A stretch of 64,000 bases of DNA, taken from NCBI GenBank assembly GCA_963727445.1, contig CAVSGI010000020.1:352001-416000 (forward strand). The letters run 5' to 3'. This document shows, piece after piece, positions 8,629-17,978 of the stretch. Source of the DNA: an uncultured delta proteobacterium (GTDB taxonomy: Bacteria; Myxococcota_A; Polyangia; Polyangiales; B10-G4). The position numbers and the translations under genes are program-made. The notes beneath the pieces were generated by a model. It did no database searches and was not told the DNA's origin. It was given only the letters and a program-made list of their open reading frames with translations. Positions within the stretch are counted from its first letter, which is position 1. Every line of letters starts with the position of its first letter.

Positions 8629-10440
8629 ATGGGGACGCCCCGGGAGGTTCACGAGGAAAAGCGTGCGGCTTTCGCCGCAGAAGCCTCGGCCCTCGACGCC
8701 ACGCAGGGACGGATCTCGCTCATGCGTCTCGCGTCCTTCGTGGGTGCGTTGGTCCTCGTCATCACCGGGGTGAGTCAGGCGTCTCTGCCGTGGATCGGCG
8801 GCGGCGCGCTCCTGGTGGTCGCCTTCTTCGCCCTGGTGATCTTCCACGCGCGCGTGATCGCTGCGCGTGACATGGCGCGCATTCGCGCCGACGTGCACGC
8901 GCGGCACATCGCGCGGCTCGACGGGCAGTGGAGCGAGCTGCCGAGCAACGGCAAGGAGCGCGTCTCGCCCACGCATCCCTACGCCTGGGACATCGATCTG
9001 GTCGGCCCGGGGTCGCTCTTTCAGCGGATCGACGTGACCCACACCGAGCCGGGCGCGCGCCACCTCGCGGCATGGCTCGCCCAGGCCGCCGACAAGGAGG
9101 TGATCGCCCAGCGCCAGGAGGCGGTGCGAGAGCTCGCCGGGGCGATCGATCTCCGCCGCGAGCTCGAAGCGGCCGCCGAGATCGCCGCGGGAGACGACAA
9201 GCTCGATCCCCGTCCTTTTCTCGCCTTCACGGAGCGCAAGCCCTTCCTCGCCAGCGCCCCGTGGCTCACACCGCTGATGATCGTACTGCCGGCGGCGACG
9301 GTCGCCCTCGCCGTGCTCTCCGCTTTCGGCCTGGTGCCGCGATGGACCTGGGGCATCGGCGTGTTGGTGCAGGGCGGGCTCTTCCTCTGGAGCTCGAAGG
9401 AGGCGCTCGAGGCGTTCGATCTGATCAGCGCGCGGCGCCGCTTCGCGGAGGCCTACGCACGGGTCTTCGAGACGATCGAAGGCGCGGCCTTCGAGGCGCC
9501 GCTCCTCGTGGCGCTCAAGGAGCGCCTCGCTGCCGAAGGGGTGCCGCCCTCCGGACAGATGCGACGCCTCGATCGCTGGGCGGGGCTGGCGGAGCTGCGC
9601 ACCCAGGTGCTCCTGCACTTCCCGGCGAACGTCTTCTTGCTGTGGGACCTGCACGTCCTGCGCGGCCTCGAGCGTTGGAATCAGAGCGTGGGCGCGCACA
9701 TGGCGGACGTCTTCGAGGCGGTGGGCGAGCTCGAAGCCCTCGCATCGCTCGCGACCCTGGCGAGCCAGGATCCGGCGGCGAGCTATCCCACCATCGCGGA
9801 GGATGGGGCACCCTTCGATGCCGAGGGCATCGCGCACCCGCTGCTCCCGCCCGACAGCCGCGTCGCCAACGACGTGGCCTTGCGCGGCGAGGGGACCGCG
9901 CTGATCGTCACCGGCTCCAACATGGCCGGCAAGAGCACGCTGCTCCGGGCCATCGGGCTGAACGTGGCGCTTGCGCTCGCGGGTGGTCCGGTGATCGCGA
10001 AGCGGCTCTCGGTACCCCGGGTCCGGCTCCGGGCCAGCATGCGGGCCAACGATGATCTGCAGCGCGGCGCCAGCTACTTCCATGCCGAGCTCGAAAAGCT
10101 CCGGGGCGTGGTCGCCGACGCCGAGGACTCGCCGCCGGTCTTCTTCCTGCTGGACGAGCTCCTGCGCGGGACGAACGCCCACGCGCGCCACATCGGCGCC
10201 AGAAGTGTGCTGACTCACCTTCTCGAGCGGCACGCCACCGGGGTGGTGGCGACCCACGACATCGCCTTGTCGGCCCTCGAGGACGAGCGCCCCGAGAGCG
10301 TCCAGAATGCCCATTTCACCGACGTGATGAAGGACGGTGAGATGACCTTCGACTACCAGCTCAAGCCCGGCGTGGTGCAGACGAGCAACGCGCTGCGGCT
10401 CCTCAAAATGGCCGGGATCGAGGTTCCCGAGGAGGCGTGA
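8629..10440 (+). CDS. MutS-related ATPase (domain V only) with N-terminal TM segments
   Basis: TGSNMAGKSTLLR, SYFHAEL, LLDELLRGTN, VATHD, FDYQLKPG. Confidence 0.9.
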   Translation: MGTPREVHEEKRAAFAAEASALDATQGRISLMRLASFVGALVLVITGVSQASLPWIGGGALLVVAFFALVIFHARVIAARDMARIRADVHARHIARLDGQWSELPSNGKERVSPTHPYAWDIDLVGPGSLFQRIDVTHTEPGARHLAAWLAQAADKEVIAQRQEAVRELAGAIDLRRELEAAAEIAAGDDKLDPRPFLAFTERKPFLASAPWLTPLMIVLPAATVALAVLSAFGLVPRWTWGIGVLVQGGLFLWSSKEALEAFDLISARRRFAEAYARVFETIEGAAFEAPLLVALKERLAAEGVPPSGQMRRLDRWAGLAELRTQVLLHFPANVFLLWDLHVLRGLERWNQSVGAHMADVFEAVGELEALASLATLASQDPAASYPTIAEDGAPFDAEGIAHPLLPPDSRVANDVALRGEGTALIVTGSNMAGKSTLLRAIGLNVALALAGGPVIAKRLSVPRVRLRASMRANDDLQRGASYFHAELEKLRGVVADAEDSPPVFFLLDELLRGTNAHARHIGARSVLTHLLERHATGVVATHDIALSALEDERPESVQNAHFTDVMKDGEMTFDYQLKPGVVQTSNALRLLKMAGIEVPEEA

Positions 10441-10500
10441 AGTCGGCCGGGTCGCGGGAAGGTGTATGCGGCGGGTCCCGGCGTATACACTCGATGGCCC

Positions 10501-13500
10501 ATGCGCGGGCACCGCGAACATCTCGGTGGGCTCACGCAACTCGGCCGTATCGACGACGCCGAGGAGCGGCGGGCGCTCTGGCGTCAATCGATGGCGACCC
10601 TCGCGGCCGAGATCGCGCAACAGCGGCCGGTGCCCCTCGAGGGTTTCGATCCGGGCATGCTGCGGCGAAGCGTTCAGGCCGCGCTCGCGATGAACCTCCT
10701 CGACGACCTGGACTTCCTCTCCGGGCCCGCGGCCGCCGCCGCGCTCTACGAGCTCGCTGCCGCGCTCCCCGACGGTGGTGAGCGTCGTGAGATCGGACGG
10801 CGCATCCTCGAGCGGCTCTACGAAGGCAACGCGCCCACCTTCGTCGCGCTCGCGACCCAGATGGCGGTGGGCTCACCGAAGGCGCTCTCGGGTGCGCCGG
10901 TGCGCGCGCGCGTCGCTCTCTCTCTCGATCTGCCGCTGGGTGCGGGCACGCAGGCGGATCGTCTGGCGCTCGCGCTGATCAGCCGGCGGGAGGTGGAGCG
11001 GGAGTGGCTTTCGCTTCCGTCGATCGGCTCGCTCTCGTCCCGCCGACTCGCCGCGCGACTTCTCGAGCGCGCGTCGCGGGAGGCGGCCCGCCGCTCGAGC
11101 CAGGGCGATGACAGCGGGCTTCGTGCGTTTCAGACCGAGAGCGTGCAGAACGCGTGGAATCGCCTCCTCGCCGATCGCGAATCGCTGGTGTGGCGGCACG
11201 TGGCCACCGCGCGCGGCCTGCTCTCGGATGCCGTGCCCGAGCACGCCGACGAGATCCACCGTCACCTCGAGACCGGCATGACGCCCACCGAGTGGCGGCG
11301 GGCGGCGGCTTCGATCGCGGCCCGAATCGCCATCGACCCGGAGGACGCGAGCGAGACCGTGACGCACTTCCTCGAAAGCCACGTGGTGGAGCGGGATGCG
11401 GGGGTGTGCGGCGCGCTGGTCCTCGGGCTCACGCGCGCGGCCGAGGCGGAGCCCGCGGCGGTGGAGGAGATCCTCCCCGCCCTCGTGCGCAAGGGCGGCC
11501 TCGACGCCATCGAAGCGTTGGTGGATCTCCGCCGCGAGCGCCTGGGCGCCAACGTCGGCGGCTGGGCCTCGGAGCTCGGGCGCGCGGAGCTCCGCGAGCG
11601 CCTCGAGGCGGGCTCGGATGACGATGGAGAGCGGGCGCTCGTGGCGGCGCTGCACGACGAGCTCGCGGCCGACGACAGCCGAGACAATCACACGCTCCCC
11701 GAGCGTATCGGTCACGCGCTGATGGCCTTCGCCGAGGAGGGCCCGCGCAAGGCCTACGCCGTGGCCCACGAGGTCCTCGAGGCGGCCGACGGAACGCTCG
11801 GGATGATGGAGCTCACCCGGGACGATTCCGACGGGAGGATTCATGCCTTTCGCGCGCTGCGCGAGATCGACCTCGCCGTGCTCGCCAAGGCGACGCTCTC
11901 GGACCTGATCACTCTCGGCGCCAAGCCCAACGGGCGCGCGCCCGCCGCCGATCACCTCGACGCGCTCTTCGAGAGGCTCTCGGCCTACCTCACCTCGCGG
12001 GAGCGCACGCCGATCGACAAGCCCACCGTTCCGCACCTGACGTTTCGCATCCGTCGTATGCAGGCGCTCCTGCACCTGGTGGACGTCGACGAAGGTGCGG
12101 CGGGACGCGGGAGCGGAGGGCGCGAGCGTCGCCTCGAAGCGACGCGCATCCTGCTCGGTCGTGTGCAGGAGGACGCGCCCTCGCCGCTCCGGCGCATCAC
12201 GGCGGCGGCGGCGGCGCGCGCCTGCGACGCGCTGGTACGCGAGGACATCTGCGAGGTGAGCGACGTGATCCTCGCGGCGGGGCGTTCCGTCAGTGACGAC
12301 GATCAGCTCCGGATCTTCGCCGAAGCCACGATGGATCCCGAGATCGAGACGACGCTGCGTGCGTACTTCGCCCTCGGGGAAGCCGTGGACAAGAACACCA
12401 AGACCGGCGCGGGAGAGCGTGCGTCGATCGACGCGCTCCGGAGCTTCGCCGCCGCGCTCCCAGTGGCCACCTCCCCGCGCGTCGAGGCGCTCCGGGGCGG
12501 GGTCCTCGGTCTGGTGAGCGCGCTCGAGGGAATCGCCACCGCGGGTTCGCTGACGCAGCTCGCCGAGGGGACCGAGGGGACGCTGTTGCTGACCCTGGAG
12601 AATGCGGTCGGCGCCCTCGCCAAGCTCGCGGCCGGCGCTCGGCGGCGCCTCGGCGACGTGGTCGACGAGGAGCCCGCGAGTGGTGCGGCCATCCGGCTGG
12701 TCGACTACTGCGTGGAGCGCGCGATTCGTGGGGAGAAGGCCGGCCTCGACGACGCTCTGGTGGCCGCGCACGAGACGCTTCGCATCGAGCTCTTGCCGCG
12801 CCTGGCGGACGTCACCCTCTTCGTCCTCGACCGCATCCCCCGGATGCCCGCGGACGCGCCGCGGGTGATGCGCATGAGCTTCGCACCGCGCGTGGTGTCG
12901 AAGGCCCCGCTCCCGGCGTGGCTCCCGCCCGGGCGCATCCTCGGCGGCTTCTACGTCCTGAGGCCCCTCGGCACCGGCGCCGGCGGCTCGGTCTTCGTCG
13001 CGCGCCGTGCAGAGCAGAAGAACGACGAGGGCGCCGACCGCTACGCGCTCAAGGTCCCCGAGTACGATGGCGACGTGGCGCGCACGCTCTCCGAGCAGCA
13101 GTTCATGAACATGTTCCGCGACGAGGCGGGCGCGCTGCTCTCTCTGCCGACCCACGAGAACCTCGCGGGCTTCGTCACCTTCGACGCCGGAGTGCAGCCG
13201 AAGCCGATCCTGGTGATGGAGCTCGTCGACGGTCCCACCCTGGAACGCGTGATCTCCATGCGCGACGTCGGCATCGAGCGCGCCTTCGAGATCCTCGAGG
13301 GCGTCGCCGACGGGCTCATGGCGATGCACAACAAGGGCATCGGACACCTCGACGTGAAGCCGTCCAACGTCATCCTCCGCGACCCGGACGGGCTGGCGGG
13401 GCCCCTGCCGCCGCGCGACCCGGTGCTGGTGGACTTCGGGCTCGCCGGACGACACGTGCGTCCGGGCTGCGCGACCGCCAACTACGGGGCCCCGGAGATC

Positions 13501-13836
13501 TGGGGCTCCTTGGGGGAGGGCGTGGCCACGTCCCCGCTGCCCGCCGACGTCTACGCCTATGGATGTCTGGCCTACGAGGTCCTGACCGGCGAGACGCTCT
13601 TCGACGGGCCGAGCGCGATGGGCATCGTCACCCATCACCTCACCCACGACGGAAACCCCGAGGGCGTGGAGACGCTCGCCAACGATCCCGAGCTGGTGCC
13701 GCTCGCGGAGGTGCTCCGCTCCACTCTCCGGCACGATCCCTCCCAGCGCGCGGCGATGATCGACGTCAAACGTTCGCTGGGTCAGCTGCGCAAGCGCTAC
13801 GAAGGCGCGACCTGGCCGCTCGGGGTCCCGGCATGA
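10501..13836 (+). CDS. Ser/Thr protein kinase with ~800-aa N-terminal helical region
   Basis: LGTGAGGSV, ALKVP, HLDVKPSN, DFG, YGAPE, DVYAYG; no TM seen. Confidence 0.9.
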   Translation: MRGHREHLGGLTQLGRIDDAEERRALWRQSMATLAAEIAQQRPVPLEGFDPGMLRRSVQAALAMNLLDDLDFLSGPAAAAALYELAAALPDGGERREIGRRILERLYEGNAPTFVALATQMAVGSPKALSGAPVRARVALSLDLPLGAGTQADRLALALISRREVEREWLSLPSIGSLSSRRLAARLLERASREAARRSSQGDDSGLRAFQTESVQNAWNRLLADRESLVWRHVATARGLLSDAVPEHADEIHRHLETGMTPTEWRRAAASIAARIAIDPEDASETVTHFLESHVVERDAGVCGALVLGLTRAAEAEPAAVEEILPALVRKGGLDAIEALVDLRRERLGANVGGWASELGRAELRERLEAGSDDDGERALVAALHDELAADDSRDNHTLPERIGHALMAFAEEGPRKAYAVAHEVLEAADGTLGMMELTRDDSDGRIHAFRALREIDLAVLAKATLSDLITLGAKPNGRAPAADHLDALFERLSAYLTSRERTPIDKPTVPHLTFRIRRMQALLHLVDVDEGAAGRGSGGRERRLEATRILLGRVQEDAPSPLRRITAAAAARACDALVREDICEVSDVILAAGRSVSDDDQLRIFAEATMDPEIETTLRAYFALGEAVDKNTKTGAGERASIDALRSFAAALPVATSPRVEALRGGVLGLVSALEGIATAGSLTQLAEGTEGTLLLTLENAVGALAKLAAGARRRLGDVVDEEPASGAAIRLVDYCVERAIRGEKAGLDDALVAAHETLRIELLPRLADVTLFVLDRIPRMPADAPRVMRMSFAPRVVSKAPLPAWLPPGRILGGFYVLRPLGTGAGGSVFVARRAEQKNDEGADRYALKVPEYDGDVARTLSEQQFMNMFRDEAGALLSLPTHENLAGFVTFDAGVQPKPILVMELVDGPTLERVISMRDVGIERAFEILEGVADGLMAMHNKGIGHLDVKPSNVILRDPDGLAGPLPPRDPVLVDFGLAGRHVRPGCATANYGAPEIWGSLGEGVATSPLPADVYAYGCLAYEVLTGETLFDGPSAMGIVTHHLTHDGNPEGVETLANDPELVPLAEVLRSTLRHDPSQRAAMIDVKRSLGQLRKRYEGATWPLGVPA

Positions 13837-14882
13837 GCGGTCGGGACGAAGAGGAAGGCGTGGGCTGGGAGGCCGTTCGCGCGGCGGCCCGGGCTCTGTA
13901 CGGCGAGCAGGAGCCGCGGCACTGGGCGACGCTGATCCGCTGGTCGCTCGGGGGGCCGGATCCTCTCGACGGCATCGACTGCTACGAGGCGGAAGGGTCC
14001 TGGCACTACCTGAGCTACGGATTCAGTGACCTCTACGGGGCCCTCGAAGGAACAGGCGACCGCTCGGGCTACGGCTTCGAGCTGACCTTTCGCTTGTCGC
14101 GGCGCGAGGGGGAGAGCCAGCCGCCGATCTGGCCGGCGTCGATGCTGCAGCAGCTCGCCCGCTACGTGTTCCGGACGGGTAACGCGCTATCGGTCGGCGA
14201 TCACCTCGACCTGGGCGCACCTCTCGGCGGCGGTGAGGAGGGCAAACTGTCGGCGGTGGTCTTCGCGGACGATGCGTCCCTTCCGTCCATCGACACACCG
14301 AACGGTAGCGTCGCCTTCGTCCAGGTCTTCGGCGTCACCGCCGACGAGCTCGACGCGGTGCGCGACTGGCAGTGCGGCGCCTTCATCGCGTTGGTCCGCG
14401 AGCGCGAGCCGGAGTTGATCACCCGGCCCGGGCGGGCTTCGTTTCGCGACGACGCCGCGTTCGAGCGGGCCGTGCAGAAGGGCATCGATCGCGATGGGTC
14501 TTCCTACGGCGTCGCGTTCACCGAGCAGCTCGCTTGGGAGCGCCGCGACGATGCGCACCTCTGTGTCTCTCTCGGAGCCATCGCAGTGCCGGACCTGAAG
14601 CGGGCGCTGCGCGGGCGGATCCCCTTTGGGCGACCGTTTCGCTTCGTGGGACCCGACGGCGTGGTGGTGCTCTGGCCGGAAGGGATCGCCGAGCTCGAGC
14701 GCCCCGAAGAGGACAGGGCGCTGACCATCGACCTGACCCCGGACATGGCGTCGGCCATCTACGAGCGGCTCACCCCGACGCGCGGGCGCTACGTCTTCGC
14801 GGAGGTGCCGGGCTTCGAGCTGGTGGTGCTGCCGACGGAGGTCCGGGGAGACGACGGCGACGTGGTCGAAGTGCTCGGTTGA
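13833..14882 (+). CDS. Suppressor-of-fused (SUFU) family protein
   Basis: WSLGGPDPLDG, HYLSYGFSDLY, SGYGFELTFRL, WPASMLQQLARYVF, TPNGSVAFVQ; ATGA overlap with kinase. Confidence 0.9.
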   Translation: MSGRDEEEGVGWEAVRAAARALYGEQEPRHWATLIRWSLGGPDPLDGIDCYEAEGSWHYLSYGFSDLYGALEGTGDRSGYGFELTFRLSRREGESQPPIWPASMLQQLARYVFRTGNALSVGDHLDLGAPLGGGEEGKLSAVVFADDASLPSIDTPNGSVAFVQVFGVTADELDAVRDWQCGAFIALVREREPELITRPGRASFRDDAAFERAVQKGIDRDGSSYGVAFTEQLAWERRDDAHLCVSLGAIAVPDLKRALRGRIPFGRPFRFVGPDGVVVLWPEGIAELERPEEDRALTIDLTPDMASAIYERLTPTRGRYVFAEVPGFELVVLPTEVRGDDGDVVEVLG

Positions 14883-14918
14883 GCCCCTCCCTCTTTGGCG
14901 GTATGAGGTCGGGCGAGC

Positions 14919-15644
14919 ATGGACGAACCCTTTCTGTTGCCGACGCTCCTCGGTGAGCCCGGCGAGGACGGCTGGACCGAAGAGGTCAGCCATTACCGCA
15001 TCCATCCCCGCCCCAAGCCGAAGTTCAAGACGGTGCTCGAGGCGCACTCGCTCTTCGAGGCGGGCCAGCCCGGCGAGGCGACGGTGACCACCCGGATCCG
15101 TCCGCCGGAGGACGGCGAGGTCGTGCTCGATCTGAAAGTCGAGCTGTCGATCGGCAAGATCCAGCAGATGGACGAGATGACCTGCGTCTGGAAGGGTGGG
15201 CTCGTCTCCGACCGCTTGATGCGCGTGGTGGGCGAAGGGCGGCGCAAGGAGATCAACTACGGCCTCGGGCCCTACGACCTGCCGTCGACCACCTATCCCG
15301 AGGTGCTGATCCCCTTCCTGATGCGCGGCCAGCCTCACGACAAGAAGCGGCGTGCGCTCTATGCGTGGACGAGCGATCGCTTCGTGGCGCGCGTCTACTA
15401 CGAGTCGCGAGGCGACCACCGCATCGAGGTGCCGGCTGGCGCCATCGACACCACCGAGGTGTGGATGTATCCGGACCTGAACGACTGGGTGGCGATGGGC
15501 AAGGCGCTCACCCGTCTGGCCAAGCCGCTGTTGCCCCGGTACGAGATGTTCTTCGAGAAGAAAGCCCCGCATCGGCTCGTGCGCTTCGAGGGATCCTTCG
15601 GTCCGCCGGGCGCGCCCGAGATGATCATCGAGCTCGCGGGGTGA
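14919..15644 (+). CDS. Hypothetical protein
   Basis: 241-aa ORF with coding-like composition, GTGA overlap with next gene. Confidence 0.7.
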   Translation: MDEPFLLPTLLGEPGEDGWTEEVSHYRIHPRPKPKFKTVLEAHSLFEAGQPGEATVTTRIRPPEDGEVVLDLKVELSIGKIQQMDEMTCVWKGGLVSDRLMRVVGEGRRKEINYGLGPYDLPSTTYPEVLIPFLMRGQPHDKKRRALYAWTSDRFVARVYYESRGDHRIEVPAGAIDTTEVWMYPDLNDWVAMGKALTRLAKPLLPRYEMFFEKKAPHRLVRFEGSFGPPGAPEMIIELAG

Positions 15645-16777
15645 GCGGGCAAAGGGTCAGCGGACGCACCCCAGGGATCGACATCGCCCGGGCCTTCGCG
15701 GGGATCATCATGATCCAGGGCCACGCCTACGACGCGTGGGTCTCGCCCGACTCGAAACAGACGGTGGCGTACGCGTTCACGCGCGTGCTGGGGTCGCTGC
15801 CGCTGCCCGCGTTCCTGCTGCTGGCGGGCGCGGCCGTCGCGTGGCGTACCGGCGCGGCGGCGTCGCGCGGGGAGTCGGCGCGAAAGGTGCGGCGGCGGGT
15901 GATCTTTCGCGGCTTGCAGATCGTCGTCTGGGGCTACGTCATGAGCGCCGCCTACGCGCTGATGGACGGCTTCGAGGGGCTCGACACCTTTCTGCGCGCG
16001 GATGTGCTTCACGTGATCGGCCTGTCGATCGCGGCGGTGGGGTGGGTCGGGATCCGCCCTGCACGGGGTCGCGGTGCGGAGCAGGCTCCCGACGAAGCAC
16101 GGCTTCAGCGGAGCGCCGTGGTCGTGGGGCTCGCGGTCACGCTCCTCTGCCCGTGGGTGAGCCGCGTCAGCCCCGAGACGACGGGTCCCCTTCGCTACCT
16201 CGTGGGTCTCTTCGCCGACGTGCCCGGCGTGACGCGCATGCCCTTCGTGCCGCTCGCGGCGTGGTTCTGTGCGGGCGTTCTCGCCGCCGGCGTGATGCTC
16301 CGCGCCCGCGAGGCGAGCCACGACGATTCCCCCGCCGGGGCACCGGCAAGAACGCTCTGGGCGATGGCGGCCGTCGGCCTCGGCGGCTGGGTGGTGGGGA
16401 GCCTCGGCACCGACGCCATGCTCTCGCTGATGGGGGGCGAGCTCAGCCGCCGCCATCCTGCGGTGTGGCTCAACGTCGTCGATCTCGCCGGCCGCGCCCT
16501 GCTCGTGCTCTCGCTGGGGGCGCTCGTCGCCAATCGCGTTCGCGGCCGCGCGAAAGCTGCGCTCCTCGTCATCGGACGCGGCTCGCTGGTCGCCTACGTC
16601 TTCCATCTGCCCTTCTGCTATGGCGCCCTCGGCCGGCCGATCGAGGGCCGCCTCGACATGGTGCAGGCGACGGCGCTGATGCTCGTCCTGGTCGCGGCGA
16701 GCTGGGGCGCCGTGTGGGTTCGCGATCAGCTACGCGGGGTCGTGGGCGCTCAGGTAGGCATGAAGAAGCGCGGCTAG
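15641..16777 (+). CDS. DUF1624 / heparan-alpha-glucosaminide N-acetyltransferase-like membrane acyltransferase
   Basis: IDIARAFAGIIMIQGH, RADVLHVIG, GRGSLVAYVFH; many TMs. Confidence 0.8.
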   Translation: MSGQRVSGRTPGIDIARAFAGIIMIQGHAYDAWVSPDSKQTVAYAFTRVLGSLPLPAFLLLAGAAVAWRTGAAASRGESARKVRRRVIFRGLQIVVWGYVMSAAYALMDGFEGLDTFLRADVLHVIGLSIAAVGWVGIRPARGRGAEQAPDEARLQRSAVVVGLAVTLLCPWVSRVSPETTGPLRYLVGLFADVPGVTRMPFVPLAAWFCAGVLAAGVMLRAREASHDDSPAGAPARTLWAMAAVGLGGWVVGSLGTDAMLSLMGGELSRRHPAVWLNVVDLAGRALLVLSLGALVANRVRGRAKAALLVIGRGSLVAYVFHLPFCYGALGRPIEGRLDMVQATALMLVLVAASWGAVWVRDQLRGVVGAQVGMKKRG

Positions 16778-16788
16778 TCTTCCCCGGC

Positions 16789-17394
16789 TCAGGGGGCAGG
16801 CGCGAGGTAGTCCAGCGATATCAGGAGCGCCGCGCGGTCTCCGGCGAAGCGCCGCGTGTTTCCCTCGGGCATGGCGATGTCGTGGTCCGCCCAGGTCATC
16901 ACGGTGCGCGCCCGCACCCTCAGGCGGCGGCTCTCGGCGTCCCAGAAGACGAGGGCCTCGATCGTCTGCGGCTTGGTGATTCCGTGGACCGTGAAGTCCC
17001 CGTGGATCACCAGCGGCGTCCACCGGCCGGACTCGAGGTGGTCTGCACCCTCGACACCGGTCACCACCAGCTTCGCCTGTGGGTACTCGTCGATCTCGAG
17101 GAAGGGCGCGCGGCGGAACATCACGTCCCAGGCCGAGTCCTCGGTGGTGATCGAGACCATCATCACGACGACCTCGCCGTGGACGGTGGACAGATCGGCG
17201 GGGTCGAGCTCGAGGTGGCTCGCGACGGTGGAGAAGCGCCCCTCGGCCGGATGGGTGATGCCCGGGCCGCGACAGCGGAAGCGAACGGAGCCGTCCTCCT
17301 GAAGCGAGAAGCTCATGGGCTCGGCGTGCGCGGTGGCGGCCGCCATCAGGAAGGTGCCGAGGACGACACCGAAGATTCGAAGCTCCCTCATCAT
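16789..17394 (-). CDS. YceI-family lipid/polyisoprenoid-binding protein
   Basis: Signal peptide; 'EGRF', 'WD..FR...FLEIDEYP', 'GDFTVHGITKP'. Confidence 0.8.
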   Translation of the reverse strand: MMRELRIFGVVLGTFLMAAATAHAEPMSFSLQEDGSVRFRCRGPGITHPAEGRFSTVASHLELDPADLSTVHGEVVVMMVSITTEDSAWDVMFRRAPFLEIDEYPQAKLVVTGVEGADHLESGRWTPLVIHGDFTVHGITKPQTIEALVFWDAESRRLRVRARTVMTWADHDIAMPEGNTRRFAGDRAALLISLDYLAPAP

Positions 17395-17948
17395 TCGACC
17401 ACGATCTCCCGGCTGCCGACGTAGTAGCGCTCCCGGTCCTCTCCGGGCGCGATCTCCGCACCGAAGTTCATGTAGGCGCGGAGCTCGTAGGTCCCCGGCT
17501 CGCCGATCGTGCAGTGGAAGCCCGCTTCGTAGACGTGGGCTTCGCCGGGCTGGAGCGCGGCGGGCCCGGGCGCGGCGTCCGTCTGCGACTCGTCTCCGCA
17601 GGTGACGTGGTGGTCGTCTTTGACGAGCTGGAAGTCGATCATGCAGAAGCTCAGCTCGACCGGCGCATCCCCGGTGTTGGTGACCACGATCTCGGCCCGA
17701 TACTCATCGGGTACCCGCGCTCGATATCGCTCGCTCGGCGCCGGGTCGGGGCCCTGGACGAAGACGTTCAGCGAAGGGCGGGGCTGGAAGGGGCGGCCTT
17801 GTGGGGGCGTCGACACATCGCTCTGCACCGCGTCTTCATCGCCGGCGCTCCCTGGCTCGGGCTCGGGCTCGGCCGCGGGCGCGCTCGAAGCCCCGCACGC
17901 CGCGAGGAGGTAGAGGAGAGCGACGAGGCGCTTCGGGTGGCGTGCCAT
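17391..17948 (-). CDS. Hypothetical lipoprotein with Ig-like domain
   Basis: Lipobox LAACG; 'VTNTGDAPV', 'LQPGE', 'PGTYEL'. Confidence 0.7.
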   Translation of the reverse strand: MARHPKRLVALLYLLAACGASSAPAAEPEPEPGSAGDEDAVQSDVSTPPQGRPFQPRPSLNVFVQGPDPAPSERYRARVPDEYRAEIVVTNTGDAPVELSFCMIDFQLVKDDHHVTCGDESQTDAAPGPAALQPGEAHVYEAGFHCTIGEPGTYELRAYMNFGAEIAPGEDRERYYVGSREIVVE

Positions 17949-17978
17949 GAGAGCGACGTATTCGCGGTGACCTCCCTG

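Noticed and set aside
10873..13734. 953-aa antisense ORF, and similar long shadow ORFs (8614..10620, 19603..21579, 32715..34967, 50538..52211, 59572..61512)
   Set aside because: Opposite-strand or alternate-frame shadows of recognisable genes, expected at high GC; no motifs
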